Below, one piece after another: positions 1 through 9,130 of a DNA stretch of 64,000 bases. A model generated the notes under the pieces. The model was not told the DNA's origin, did not search any database, and worked only from the letters and a program-made list of their open reading frames with translations. How positions within the stretch are numbered: position 1 is the first letter of the stretch; each line of letters opens with the position of its first letter. Source of the stretch: Anaeromyxobacteraceae bacterium (GTDB taxonomy: Bacteria; Myxococcota; Myxococcia; Myxococcales; Anaeromyxobacteraceae); the NCBI GenBank assembly GCA_032654565.1, contig JAULAX010000015.1, forward strand, positions 864,001 through 928,000. Direction: 5' to 3'. Made by a program: the position numbers and the translations under genes.

Positions 1-699
1 CGGGCCTTCGAGCGGCGGCGGCGGCTGGCCAGGGCCGGCCGGCCGGTCGACCGGACCGAGTGGGACATGTCGGCGCCCACGGTGAACGCCTACTACGAGC
101 CGTCCAGGAACGAGATGGTCTTCCCGGCCGGCATCCTCCAGCCCCCCTTCTACACGGCCGGGGCCAACGACGCGGTCAACGCCGGCGCCATCGGCATGGT
201 GGTGGCCCACGAGCTGACCCACGGCTACGACGACGAGGGGCGGCAATACGACGGCAAGGGCAACCTCGCCGACTGGTGGTCGAAGCCGGTCGCGGCCGAG
301 TTCGACCGGCGCGCCCAGTGCGTGGCCAGGCAGTACGCCGCCTACCCGGCCGTCGACGAGGTCATGGTGGACGGCCAGCTCACCCTGGGCGAGAACATCG
401 CCGACCTGGGAGGGCTGAAGCTGGCCCACGCCGCCTACCGCGCCTCGCGGGCCGGCCGGCCGGAGGAGGCGCCGGTGGGGGGCTTCGGCGCCGACCAGCA
501 GTTCTTCCTGGCCCACGCCCAGGCCTGGTGCAGGCTGGTCCGGCCCGAGGCGGCCCGGCTGCGGGCCGCCACCGATCCGCACTCGCCGGCCCGCTGGCGC
601 GTCAACGGGCCGCTCTCCAACCTCCCCGAGTTCGCCGCCGCCTTCCAGTGCGGTCCGGGCACGCGCATGGTCCGGTCCGAGCGCTGTGACCTCTGGTAG
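1..699 (+). CDS. M13 family (neprilysin/PepO-like) zinc metalloendopeptidase, C-terminal part; 5' end lies outside the window
   Basis: Frame open from base 1; motifs W.MSAPTVNAYY.P, FPAGILQPPF, HELTH (HExxH), GENIADLGG, PHSP..WRVNG, terminal C.LW. Confidence 0.93.
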   Translation, partial: RAFERRRRLARAGRPVDRTEWDMSAPTVNAYYEPSRNEMVFPAGILQPPFYTAGANDAVNAGAIGMVVAHELTHGYDDEGRQYDGKGNLADWWSKPVAAEFDRRAQCVARQYAAYPAVDEVMVDGQLTLGENIADLGGLKLAHAAYRASRAGRPEEAPVGGFGADQQFFLAHAQAWCRLVRPEAARLRAATDPHSPARWRVNGPLSNLPEFAAAFQCGPGTRMVRSERCDLW

Positions 700-720
700 C
701 GGCCGACTCCGGGCGCCCGG

Positions 721-2133
721 TCATTCCCGGCGCGGGGGACGGCGGGCCAGCGCCTCGTCGCGGTAGGCGCGCTCGCCGGTCACCTCGCGCACCACCAGCG
801 GCTCCAGCCAGGGCGGCGTGGCCGGGTCGGCCCCCGGCTCCAGCACCGCCAGCGTCAGCCGCCGGTCGGTGAACTGGTCGAAGCGCCAGCCGGGGAGGGC
901 CCCGCTGCGGTGGCTGCGGTGCAGCAGGCGCCGCCCCTCGGTGAGCGGCCACCAGGCCTGGTAGTCGGTCCGCGACAGCGGCTCCAGCTCGACGGCGCCG
1001 CGCCGCCCGGTGCGGGCCCGGAAGAACCGCTCCCGCCCCGCCCCGCTGACCATCCCCACGTGCTCGTGCTCGCCGGGGAGCCAGCCCTGCGCCACCTCCT
1101 CCACCTCGCCGCCCAGCGCCTCGGCCGGCAGCTCGGTGAGCAGCAGCCTCCGCTCGGCGGCGACCTCCGCCGGCGCCTCGTCACCGGCCGGCCCCTCCAG
1201 CTGCGCCACCACCGCGTAGGCCAGGTCGAGGACGGGGGTGGCCCGGTTCGGCAGGTAGCGCCCGGCCAGCTCGCCGAAGGCCTCGGCGGCGTCGCGCTCG
1301 GCCAGCTGGTCGAGGGCCAGCAGCCCGGGGCGGAGGTCGCCGCTCTCGGCGCCGCGCCCGCGCCGGGCCCGGTCGGCCGAGGCCTCGACCAGCGCCGCGG
1401 CCAGCGCCTGGCGCGCCTGCCAGCGGTCGTGCCAGGTGCCGAGCAGCTCCTGGAGCTGCTTGAGGGCGGTGACCGCCTCGGCGGCCGGGGCCCCGGGGAG
1501 GCGGCGCAGCGGCTCCAGCAGGTAGCGCAGCCGCTTCCCCTCGATGCGGGCCCGGTGCAGGCCGTCGGCGTCCTCGGCGCCGACCACCGCGCCGAGCGCC
1601 TCGCGGAGGGCCAGCGCCTGGGCTCGCAGGGCGGCGGCCAGGAGGGCCGACAGGCTGGCCGGCGCGGCGGCGCCCGGTGGGCGGGCCGAGAGGCGGCGGG
1701 TGAGCCGGGGCGCCAGCCGCAGGAAGCGCGGCCGGGCCTCCTCGTGGACGCGGCGGGCGGCGTCGGCGCGACGGCGCTCCACCCGGTCGAGGAGCCAGTC
1801 GAGGGCGCCGCGGTAGGGCGCGCCCAGCCGGCCGCGGGCCGCCTCGAGCCAGCCGAGGAGCACCTCGGCCTCCCGGGCCGGGCCGGTGCGCCGCGCCACC
1901 CTGGCCAGGCGCCGCCGCTGCTTCTCGGGGACCGCCCCTTGCAGCGCCGGCTCCAGCAGCCGCAGCGTGGTCCGCAGCCGGCGGACGGCGACGCGGAAGT
2001 CGTGCAGCGCCTCGGCGTCGGAGGGATCCCCGAGCCGCGCCACCGCCTCCTCGGCGTCGGCGAGGCGCGCCAGGGCCAGCACCCGCGCCCCGGGGCCGGC
2101 CGCGCCGTCGAGGAGCTCTCCGTCGAGCTGCAT
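721..2133 (-). CDS. CHAD-domain protein with C-terminal degenerate CYTH-like domain
   Basis: CHAD motifs EALHDFRVAVRRLR, LHRARIEGKRLRY.LE, LK.LQELLG.WHD; C-terminal AERRLLL...QGWL...P.WL...REVTGERAY resembles CYTH. Confidence 0.85.
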   Translation of the reverse strand: MQLDGELLDGAAGPGARVLALARLADAEEAVARLGDPSDAEALHDFRVAVRRLRTTLRLLEPALQGAVPEKQRRRLARVARRTGPAREAEVLLGWLEAARGRLGAPYRGALDWLLDRVERRRADAARRVHEEARPRFLRLAPRLTRRLSARPPGAAAPASLSALLAAALRAQALALREALGAVVGAEDADGLHRARIEGKRLRYLLEPLRRLPGAPAAEAVTALKQLQELLGTWHDRWQARQALAAALVEASADRARRGRGAESGDLRPGLLALDQLAERDAAEAFGELAGRYLPNRATPVLDLAYAVVAQLEGPAGDEAPAEVAAERRLLLTELPAEALGGEVEEVAQGWLPGEHEHVGMVSGAGRERFFRARTGRRGAVELEPLSRTDYQAWWPLTEGRRLLHRSHRSGALPGWRFDQFTDRRLTLAVLEPGADPATPPWLEPLVVREVTGERAYRDEALARRPPRRE

Positions 2134-2151
2134 GCCGCCCCCTGCCGTCGC

Positions 2152-2766
2152 TCAGCCGCCCAGGCGGGCGCTGGCCGCGTCGATGGCGGCGCGCAGCGCC
2201 GCGAAGTCCTGCACCACCGGGAACTGCGGGAACTGCGCCACCACGTTGGGCGGCGGGCGGAAGAGGATCCCGGCGTCGGCCTCGGCGAGCATGGCGGTGT
2301 CGTTGTAGGAGTCGCCGGCCGCCGTCACCTTGAAGTTGAGGGCCTTGAAGGCCTTCACCGCCGCCCGCTTCTGGTCGGGCAGCCGCAGGTGGTAGGCGGA
2401 GACGAAGCCGTCGGCGCCGGCCTCGAGCCTGTGGCAGAAGAGGGTGGGCTGGCCGAGCTGGGCCATGAGCGGCCCGGCGAACTCGTAGAAGGTGTCGGAG
2501 AGGATCACCACCTGGTAGGCGAGCCGGAGGGCGTCGAGGAAGGCCCGGGCCCCGGGCTCCGGGGAGAGGCCGGCGATCACCTGCTGGATGTCGCGCAGCC
2601 CGAGCCGGTGCTGCCGCAGCAGGTCGAGGCGGAAGCGCATCAGCTTGTCGTAGTCCGGCTCGTCGCGGGTGGTGCGGCGCAGCGCGGCGATGCCGGTGCG
2701 CTCGGCGAAGGCGATCCAGATCTCCGGGACCAGCACGCCTTCGAGGTCGAGACAGACGATCTGCAC
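2152..2766 (-). CDS. thrH: Phosphoserine phosphatase / homoserine phosphotransferase (HAD family)
   Basis: GTG start at 2766, 204 aa; CLDLEGVLVPEIW, TTRDEPDYD.LM, ILSDTFYEF, AAGDSYNDT.ML. Confidence 0.92.
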   Translation of the reverse strand: MQIVCLDLEGVLVPEIWIAFAERTGIAALRRTTRDEPDYDKLMRFRLDLLRQHRLGLRDIQQVIAGLSPEPGARAFLDALRLAYQVVILSDTFYEFAGPLMAQLGQPTLFCHRLEAGADGFVSAYHLRLPDQKRAAVKAFKALNFKVTAAGDSYNDTAMLAEADAGILFRPPPNVVAQFPQFPVVQDFAALRAAIDAASARLGG

Positions 2767-2899
2767 CGGGGGAGCTCCGTTCCAGGCGGGTGGAGCCGGC
2801 ATCCTAGCAAACCGGCGGCGCCCTGGGCCTGGCCTGACCCGCCCCGCCCGCCCGACCCGCCCCGGCCGGGCGCCGGGCCGTGGCATCATCCGCCGCGAC

Positions 2900-3295
2900 A
2901 TGGCCAAGCGCCCACCGCCCCCCGTCCCGCCCCCGGGCCCGTTCAACGCCGCGCTGGCCGGCCTCGCCGACCGGCTGGGCCCGCTGGCGCCCGCTCCCGG
3001 GGCGGCGCCACGCCCGGACGAGGAGGCGCCGCCTCCGAAGCCCTCCGGCCCCCCGCCACCTCCCCGCGCCGTGGTCCGCATGGAGCGGGCCGGGCGCGGC
3101 GGCAAGACGGTGACGGTGGTGGAGAAGCTGGAGCTCCGTCCCCGCGAGCTCACGGCCTGGCTCGGCGAGCTGAAGCGGGCGCTCGGCTGCGGCGGCGTGG
3201 TCGAGAGCGGGGCGCTGGTGCTGCAGGGGGACACCCGCGAGCGGGTCGGGGCCTGGCTGACGCGACGCGGGGTGAAGAAGGTGACGGTGGCCTGA
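2900..3295 (+). CDS. SUI1/YciH-like translation initiation factor
   Basis: VVRMERAGRGGKTVTVV, LKRALGCGG.VE.G.LVLQGD.RERV. Confidence 0.88.
   Translation: MAKRPPPPVPPPGPFNAALAGLADRLGPLAPAPGAAPRPDEEAPPPKPSGPPPPPRAVVRMERAGRGGKTVTVVEKLELRPRELTAWLGELKRALGCGGVVESGALVLQGDTRERVGAWLTRRGVKKVTVA
3236..3282 (+). repeat. 47-bp direct repeat, copy 1 (within 3' end of SUI1 gene)
   Basis: cgcgagcgggtcggggcctggctgacgcgacgcggggtgaagaaggt; 42/47 identical to 4315-4361. Confidence 0.85.
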
Positions 3296-3304
3296 GGCGG
3301 GCCT

Positions 3305-4219
3305 TCACCCCGGATCGGCGCCGGTGGCCGAGGACTGGACGCAGCGCACCGCCTGGGGGCGCCCGGCCTCGACCCGGCGCACCACCCCGGCGTCGAGGTC
3401 GACCGCCAGGCCCGGCCCCCCCGGTCCCGGCGCCGCCCAGGCCACCGACGGATCGCCGCCCAGCAGCGTCGAGCAGGCCGCGCTCTTGCCGCACGGCCTG
3501 CAGGGTCCGCCGCCCGGCCTGCAGCCGTCGAGCAGGCCGAGCAGCTCGGCCTGGGTGGGCAGGCGGTAGCCGGCGGGGCAGGCGCCCGCGGCCGCGCCCG
3601 GCGACAGCAGCGTGGCCGCCCCCTCGCACCGGCTCCCCGTCCAGCGCTGGCCGGCCAGGCAGCGCAGCCAGGAGAGCGTGGTCCCCGGCTGCGCCACGGC
3701 ATCGTACCGCCCGTGCAGGCTCTCGCTGGAGACGCCGCGCTCGTGGCAGGCCTTGCAGGTGGCCAGCTTGCGGGCGCTGGCGGCCAGCTTCTTGTGGCAG
3801 GCGCGGCAGTACTCGTGGAAGAGGATGGTGGTGCGGTCGATGGCGCCGTCCGGCTTGAGCCGGGCCATGGGCGGGGCCAGCCGGCCGTCGATCTCCCGGG
3901 GCGGCTCGCCGAGGGCCGCGTGGCAGCCGGAGCAGCGCATGGGCGGGAGCGGGGTGGGCGGATCGTCGGCGGCCAGGGTGTGGTGGCAGTCGCGGCAGCG
4001 GATGGGCGTGCCGTCGGGGCGGGTGTAGCGCCGGACGTGGTCGGCGTGGCCGAAGCGGACCTTGCCGGTCTTGCCGGGGATGCGCTCCAGCAGCAGCACC
4101 TCCTTCCCGGCGGGGACGTCGGCCGCCCCCCGGGCGACCCCCGGCGCCGCCAGGGCCAGGGCCAGGCCGGACCAGCCGATGAGGAGGAGCGCCGCCGCGC
4201 CGCCATGGGCCTGGGACAT
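3305..4219 (-). CDS. Exported tetraheme class III (c3-type) cytochrome fused to a C-terminal DUF1566/Lcl-like (C-type lectin fold) domain
   Basis: Signal peptide; VRFGHADH, CRDCHH, CSGCH, LFHEYCRACH, CKACH; then LSWLRC.AGQ.W.G..C.G, CP.GYRLPT.AEL, terminal AVRCV. Confidence 0.8.
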   Translation of the reverse strand: MSQAHGGAAALLLIGWSGLALALAAPGVARGAADVPAGKEVLLLERIPGKTGKVRFGHADHVRRYTRPDGTPIRCRDCHHTLAADDPPTPLPPMRCSGCHAALGEPPREIDGRLAPPMARLKPDGAIDRTTILFHEYCRACHKKLAASARKLATCKACHERGVSSESLHGRYDAVAQPGTTLSWLRCLAGQRWTGSRCEGAATLLSPGAAAGACPAGYRLPTQAELLGLLDGCRPGGGPCRPCGKSAACSTLLGGDPSVAWAAPGPGGPGLAVDLDAGVVRRVEAGRPQAVRCVQSSATGADPG

Positions 4220-4314
4220 CACCAGGGCGATGTTCCGCCTGTCCGGTCGGCACCGCAAGCCAGCGACCCGGCGTCCGGCCACCTTTTCCGTCTCCAACCG
4301 GCGCCGTGGTCCGC

Positions 4315-4361
4315 CGGGAGCGGGGCGGAGCCTGTCTGACGCGACGCGGGGTGAAGGAGGT
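4315..4361 (+). repeat. 47-bp direct repeat, copy 2 (degenerate copy of SUI1 3' end)
   Basis: cgggagcggggcggagcctgtctgacgcgacgcggggtgaaggaggt; translates RERGGACLTRRGVKE vs RERVGAWLTRRGVKK. Confidence 0.85.
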
Positions 4362-4486
4362 CGGGGTCTCCAGATTGAAGGAGCCGGCCGTCATTCTGAT
4401 GCAGCCCGGACCCAGCCCAAGCGGCCCAACCACCTGGAACGCCTTGGCGTCGCCGGCTGGCCCGCTTCCTGCTGTGCAGTCCCGTC

Positions 4487-5191
4487 ATGGCGACGGTTCC
4501 GACCACCACGAAGGGCAGGGGGCTGGCCAGGCTGGCCCTGGTCTCGCTCCTCGCCGGCGCCGCCCTGGCGGTGCCGAGGGGGTTGGCCGGGAGTGAAGCA
4601 GGGCTGACCGCCGCCGGACGGGACGCGGCCGCCTGTGCCGGAGGTGACTGCCTCGATCCGCTCCGGGAGGGGCAGGTGGCGCGGCTGGAGCGGCACCTCT
4701 TCGGCCGGATGAACGGGCTCGACCCGGCGCTCCACGAGGACCTGGCGCGGGCCATCCTCACCGAGGCCGCCGCGGCCCGGCTCGACCCGCTGCTGGTGCT
4801 GGCCGTCATCGAGGTCGAGTCGGGCTACGACCCGTCGGCGGAGAGCGCGGTCGGGGCCCGCGGCCTCATGCAGCTGCTCCCCGACACGCTGCGGCGGGAG
4901 ACGGCGGGGAGCGGGGAAGAGGCCGGCGCCGGGGAGGGACCGGTCGCCAACGTCCGCGCCGGGATCCGCTACCTGCGCCGCTGCCTGAGGAGCTACCCGG
5001 ACCTCGACGTGGCGCTGATGGCCTACAACGCCGGGCCCAACCGCCTCCACGGCTGGATCCAGGCCGGCGCCGTGCCCCTCGAGGTCCGCGGCTACGCCAG
5101 GCGGGTGCTGGCGGGCCAGGATCGCCTGCGCCGCCTCCTCCCGGGGGTGTCGGCGCCGGTGCCCGCCGACCTGCTGGCCTTCGGCGGCTGA
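4487..5191 (+). CDS. Lytic transglycosylase, SLT domain
   Basis: LVLAVIEVES.YDP.AES.VGARGLMQL.P.T, N...GI.YL, ALMAYNAGP. Confidence 0.9.
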   Translation: MATVPTTTKGRGLARLALVSLLAGAALAVPRGLAGSEAGLTAAGRDAAACAGGDCLDPLREGQVARLERHLFGRMNGLDPALHEDLARAILTEAAAARLDPLLVLAVIEVESGYDPSAESAVGARGLMQLLPDTLRRETAGSGEEAGAGEGPVANVRAGIRYLRRCLRSYPDLDVALMAYNAGPNRLHGWIQAGAVPLEVRGYARRVLAGQDRLRRLLPGVSAPVPADLLAFGG

Positions 5192-5244
5192 CGGCCGGCG
5201 CGGCGCCGGCCCGGCCCGCGCGGGGCGACGGCCCGGGCGGCGCG

Positions 5245-6054
5245 TCAGTGCTCGTGCTTGATGAGCCGGAGCGCCCACATCAGCGCCAGCCCGGCCAGCA
5301 GCGCCCCGGTGAGCCGCCACTTGGAGCCGGCGCGGCGGTGCAGGTCGGGGAGGATGTCGGAGAGGGAGAGGTGCAGGAAGGTGCCGCCGGAGAAGGCCAG
5401 CGCCAGCGCGGTGAAGCGGTCCACCGCCACCAGCTCGCGCAGCCCGACGTAGATGGCGGCGCCGACCGGGACCATGAGCGCGAAGAAGGCGTTCATCCAG
5501 AGCGCCTTGAGCCGGCCGTACCCCTCGCCGCGCAGGATGGCCGAGAGCGAGAAGCTCGACGGCACCTTGTGGGCGAGGATGGCGATGAAGACCAGCAGCC
5601 CCAGCCCCTCCTGGTGGTTGGCGGCGCCCAGCGCGAAGCCGTCGACGATGGTGTGGATCGACATCCCCACCCAGGCGGCCAGCCCCAGGGTGTGGACCTC
5701 GCAGCCGGCCTCGTCGCCGTGGACGTGGCCGGGGTGGTCGTGCGGGGCGGCGATGGTGCCGGTGGAGAGGGCCTGGTTCATGCCCGGCTCGCCGCAGATG
5801 TGGATGAGGACGAACCGCTCCAGCAGGTAGAGGGCGAGGAAGCCGACCAGCACCCAGGGCACCACCCGGGCGCCGCCCAGCTCGATGGCCTCGGGGATCA
5901 TGTGGAAGAAGGCCGCCCCCAGCATGACGCCGCCGGAGAAGGAGAGGAGCAGGTCGCTGCGGCGCATGGGGCCGACCAGCGGCAGCACGCCGCCGGCGAT
6001 GGCGCCGCCGAGGATGGCGACGGTGTAGAGCCCGAGCGACTGGAGTTCGGTCAC
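5245..6054 (-). CDS. ZIP-family divalent metal transporter
   Basis: GTG start overlapping dusB stop (GTGA); FSGGVMLG.AFFHMIPEA, His-rich loop, H..VDGFALG, ILAHKVP, GGTFLHL..SDILP. Confidence 0.88.
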   Translation of the reverse strand: MTELQSLGLYTVAILGGAIAGGVLPLVGPMRRSDLLLSFSGGVMLGAAFFHMIPEAIELGGARVVPWVLVGFLALYLLERFVLIHICGEPGMNQALSTGTIAAPHDHPGHVHGDEAGCEVHTLGLAAWVGMSIHTIVDGFALGAANHQEGLGLLVFIAILAHKVPSSFSLSAILRGEGYGRLKALWMNAFFALMVPVGAAIYVGLRELVAVDRFTALALAFSGGTFLHLSLSDILPDLHRRAGSKWRLTGALLAGLALMWALRLIKHEH

Positions 6055-7109
6055 GCTTCCTCCCCGCCGGCATCCTGCGCCGGGTGCCAGGCGGCGTCGA
6101 GTTCCCACGGCGCCCCGGGGGGGAACTGCAGCTCGATGAGGGCGCGCACCTCGGCCGCCGACTTCACCGAGGTGCCGCCGCGCCGGAAGGCCACCCCGCC
6201 GCGCCGCCCCCGCGAGTACCAGAGCAGGTGGCGGCGCAGCTCGCGCACCGCCTGCTCCTCCTGGGCCTCGGCGGCCTGGTGCGGCCGCAGCCTGGCCCGG
6301 TGCTCGATCTGCAGGGTCACGTGGCGCATCACCACCTCGACCCACTCGTCGCGGGTGGGCGGCGGCGGGGCCGGCTCGCCCCGCTCGGCGGCCCTGAGCT
6401 CGCGGAAGATCCAGGGGTTGCCGCAGGCGCCGCGCGCCACCAGCACCGCGTCGCAGCCGGTCTCGGCCCGCATGCGCAGGGCATCGGCGGCGGTCCAGAC
6501 GTCGCCGGAGCCGAGCACCGGGATGCCCACCGCCTCCTTGACCAGCCGGATCAGCTCCCAGCGCGCCTTGCCCGAGTAGCCCTGCGAGCGGGTCCGGCCG
6601 TGCAGCGCCACCGCCGCGGCCCCGGCCCCCTCGGCGGCGCGGGCCACCTCGACGCAGTTGATGGCCCCCTCCTCCCAGCCGGCCCGGATCTTGATGGTGA
6701 CCGGGATCCCCGGCACCGCGGCCACGATGGCCGCCACCGCCGCCCCCACCGCGGCCGGATCGCGGGCCAGCGCCGCGCCCGCCCCGGTGCCGCAGACCTT
6801 CTTCACCGGGCAGGCCATGTTCACGTCGATCATCCCGGCCCCCTCCGCGACGGCCACCACCGCCCCGCGCGCCAGCGCCTCCGGCTCGGAGGCGAAGATC
6901 TGGACGGCGAACGGCACCTCGGCCGGATCGCGGTCCAGGTAGGCGAGCGTCTGGGCCTTCCCGTGGAGCAGGCCGTGGGCGCTGACCATCTCGGTGTAGG
7001 CGAAGGACGCCCCCATCTCGCGGCAGATGGTGCGGAACGGCCGGTCCGACACGCCGGCCAGCGGCGCGAGGAAGAAGCGACCCGAGAAGTGGTGGGGACC
7101 GATCTGCAT
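6051..7109 (-). CDS. dusB: tRNA-dihydrouridine synthase B
   Basis: LAPLAGVSDRPFR, YTEMVS, IDVNMACP.KKV...GAGAAL, TIKIRAGW, HGRTR.QGYSG.A.W, ARGA.GNPWIF. Confidence 0.92.
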   Translation of the reverse strand: MQIGPHHFSGRFFLAPLAGVSDRPFRTICREMGASFAYTEMVSAHGLLHGKAQTLAYLDRDPAEVPFAVQIFASEPEALARGAVVAVAEGAGMIDVNMACPVKKVCGTGAGAALARDPAAVGAAVAAIVAAVPGIPVTIKIRAGWEEGAINCVEVARAAEGAGAAAVALHGRTRSQGYSGKARWELIRLVKEAVGIPVLGSGDVWTAADALRMRAETGCDAVLVARGACGNPWIFRELRAAERGEPAPPPPTRDEWVEVVMRHVTLQIEHRARLRPHQAAEAQEEQAVRELRRHLLWYSRGRRGGVAFRRGGTSVKSAAEVRALIELQFPPGAPWELDAAWHPAQDAGGEEA

Positions 7110-7259
7110 GGACGGGGACCGGGCGGGTACCTAACACGGGGCCCGCGCCGCCGCGAGGGAGCCGGGGGTCACCGCCGCGGTCCGCCGTGCCCCGGACCCT
7201 CGCCCTGACCCGAACGCGTTGTTTCCCTTGCCCGGCTCCATCCTGTAAAACCCGGTCCA

Positions 7260-9041
7260 GTGCGCCTCCACCACCTCATCGTCCTGACGCTGCTGGCCCC
7301 CGCCGCGGTCCGCTCCGAGCCCACCCCGGCCGAGGCCGGTGGCCCGGCAGCGGCGCCGGTCGCGGCCACGCCCACGACGGCGGTCCCGGCGGCGTCGGCC
7401 ACGTCACCGGCCGGTGTCACCGTCACCGCCACCGCCACCGCCACCGCCACCGCTCCGGCCGCGGCCGCGGCCGCGGCAGAGCCGGCGGCCGACGTGCCCG
7501 AGACCGGCCCGCAGGCCACCGAGATCGACGCCGCCTCGGCCGAGCTGGAGGCGATGCGCGCCGCCGAGCGCGCCGCCCGCGTCCCCGAAGGCGCCGGCCA
7601 CGAGGGGCGGGCCGCCGAGGCCGCCGAGGGGCTGGGGCTGGGCTCCCCGCTGCGCCAGCGGCTCGAGGAGGCGCTCACCCGCGAGGTGACGGCGCCGCCG
7701 GCCGACGCCCCCGACCGGATCGCCCTGCTCCCCGAGCTCGACCACGGGCTCGCGAAGCTGCAGGCCGAGTACGACATCCCCATCGACGTCAACGAGGCGG
7801 TGGTCAGCTACATCCGCTTCTTCCAGCTGCCGCTGGTCCGCCCCCACTACGTCAAGTACCTGGGGCGCGGCCACCGCTACATCCCGCGCTACCAGCAGAT
7901 CATGCGGGAGGAGGGCGTCCCCGAGGACACCGTCTTCCTGGCCATGATCGAGAGCGGCTTCGCCAACTACGCCGTCAGCCGGGCCCGGGCGGTCGGCCCG
8001 TGGCAGTTCATCGCCCCCACCGGCCGGATCTACGGACTGAAGCAGGACTTCTGGGTGGACGAGCGCCGCGACCCGGAGAAGGCGGCCCACGCCGCCGCCC
8101 GCTTCCTCAGGGAGCTGTACCAGTCCACCGGCGACTGGCGGCTGGCCTGGGCCGGCTACAACGCCGGGCTGGGGACGGTGCAGCGCGCCCAGGCCCGGGG
8201 CTACCCGGACTACTGGTCGATGGTCGCCGCCAAGGGGCGCCGCGCCCTGCGCGCCGAGACCAAGGGCTACGTGCCCAAGCTGATGGCGGCCGCCATCATC
8301 GCCCGCCACCCCGAGGCCTTCGGCTTCAGGCCCGAGGAGATCGAGGCCGAGCGCTGGCCCGACGTGGTGGAGGTGACCATCCCCGACGCCGCGCCGCTGG
8401 CGCTGCTGGCCGCCGCCGCCGGGGTGGGGGAGGCGGAGCTGGTCGACCTGAACCCGGAGCTGCGCCGCGCCATCACCCCGCCGCGCCCGTACCAGCTCAA
8501 GCTCCCGGCCGCCGCCGGCGCCACCTTCGCCGCCAACTGGGACGCCATGAAGTCGCAGGTGCGCGTCGCCATCTTCGAGGGGCACGTGGTGGAGCGGGGC
8601 GAGACCCTCTCCGGCATCGCCCAGCGCTACGGCGTCTCGCTGGACGGGATCCTGGCCCTCAACCCCCGGCTCAACCCGCGGGCGCTGCGCCCCGGGACCG
8701 AGCTGGTGATCCCGCGGGTGGCCAGCCGGCCCCGCGCCCAGGCCGCGGCGCCGGCGGTGGTCCGAACCGCGGCCGCCGCGCCGCCGGCCGCGCCGCCGCC
8801 CGCCGGAGCACCGCCCGCCGGAGCACCGCCCGCCGCCGCACCGTCGCTGGTGGCCGCGGCCTCGGCCGCCGAGCCCCACGCCAGCACCTGGCGGGTCAAG
8901 CCGGGCGACACCCTCTGGTCGATCTCACGCAACACCGGGGTGCCGCTCGACGACCTCTGCCGGCTCAACGGCATCGGCAACCCGCGTCACCACAAGCTGC
9001 AGGTCGGGGCCACGCTGGTGGTGGCCAACACCCGCGGCTAG
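7260..9041 (+). CDS. mltD: Membrane-bound lytic murein transglycosylase D-like (SLT + two LysM domains)
   Basis: LAMIESGF...AVSRA.AVG.WQFI..TG..YGL, VDERRDP, YNAG, ETKGYVPK, LNPELRR; LysM motifs HVV..GETLS.IA.RYGV and V.PGDTLWSI. Confidence 0.88.
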   Translation: MRLHHLIVLTLLAPAAVRSEPTPAEAGGPAAAPVAATPTTAVPAASATSPAGVTVTATATATATAPAAAAAAAEPAADVPETGPQATEIDAASAELEAMRAAERAARVPEGAGHEGRAAEAAEGLGLGSPLRQRLEEALTREVTAPPADAPDRIALLPELDHGLAKLQAEYDIPIDVNEAVVSYIRFFQLPLVRPHYVKYLGRGHRYIPRYQQIMREEGVPEDTVFLAMIESGFANYAVSRARAVGPWQFIAPTGRIYGLKQDFWVDERRDPEKAAHAAARFLRELYQSTGDWRLAWAGYNAGLGTVQRAQARGYPDYWSMVAAKGRRALRAETKGYVPKLMAAAIIARHPEAFGFRPEEIEAERWPDVVEVTIPDAAPLALLAAAAGVGEAELVDLNPELRRAITPPRPYQLKLPAAAGATFAANWDAMKSQVRVAIFEGHVVERGETLSGIAQRYGVSLDGILALNPRLNPRALRPGTELVIPRVASRPRAQAAAPAVVRTAAAAPPAAPPPAGAPPAGAPPAAAPSLVAAASAAEPHASTWRVKPGDTLWSISRNTGVPLDDLCRLNGIGNPRHHKLQVGATLVVANTRG

Positions 9042-9073
9042 GTCGCCGCTCCAACCCCACCGCTCACCGCCCG

Positions 9074-9105
9074 GAAATGAAACGGGCCGCCCGAAGGCGG
9101 CCCGT
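9074..9105 (-). terminator. Intrinsic terminator (10-bp stem, cUUCGg loop, U-rich tail) downstream of the small gene at 9131-9331; possibly bidirectional
   Basis: acgggccgcc-cgaa-ggcggcccgt at 9082-9105; the minus strand continues TTCATTT. Confidence 0.8.
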
Positions 9106-9130
9106 CCGTTCAGCAGAAGCGGGACGAGAA

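Noticed and set aside
910..3858. Long ORFs such as 910-3858(+), 16174-18522(-), 25455-28319(-), 29856-33314(+), 45910-49632(+), 50710-54123(+), 59432-61870(+)
   Set aside because: Antisense or frame-shifted shadows of well-supported genes, expected in very GC-rich DNA; Arg/Gly/Pro-rich with no motifs
7420..7480. (accgcc)n and Ala/Pro repeats in mltD (also 8770-8840) as contingency loci
   Set aside because: Unit lengths are multiples of three and encode low-complexity linkers, so slippage would not switch phase
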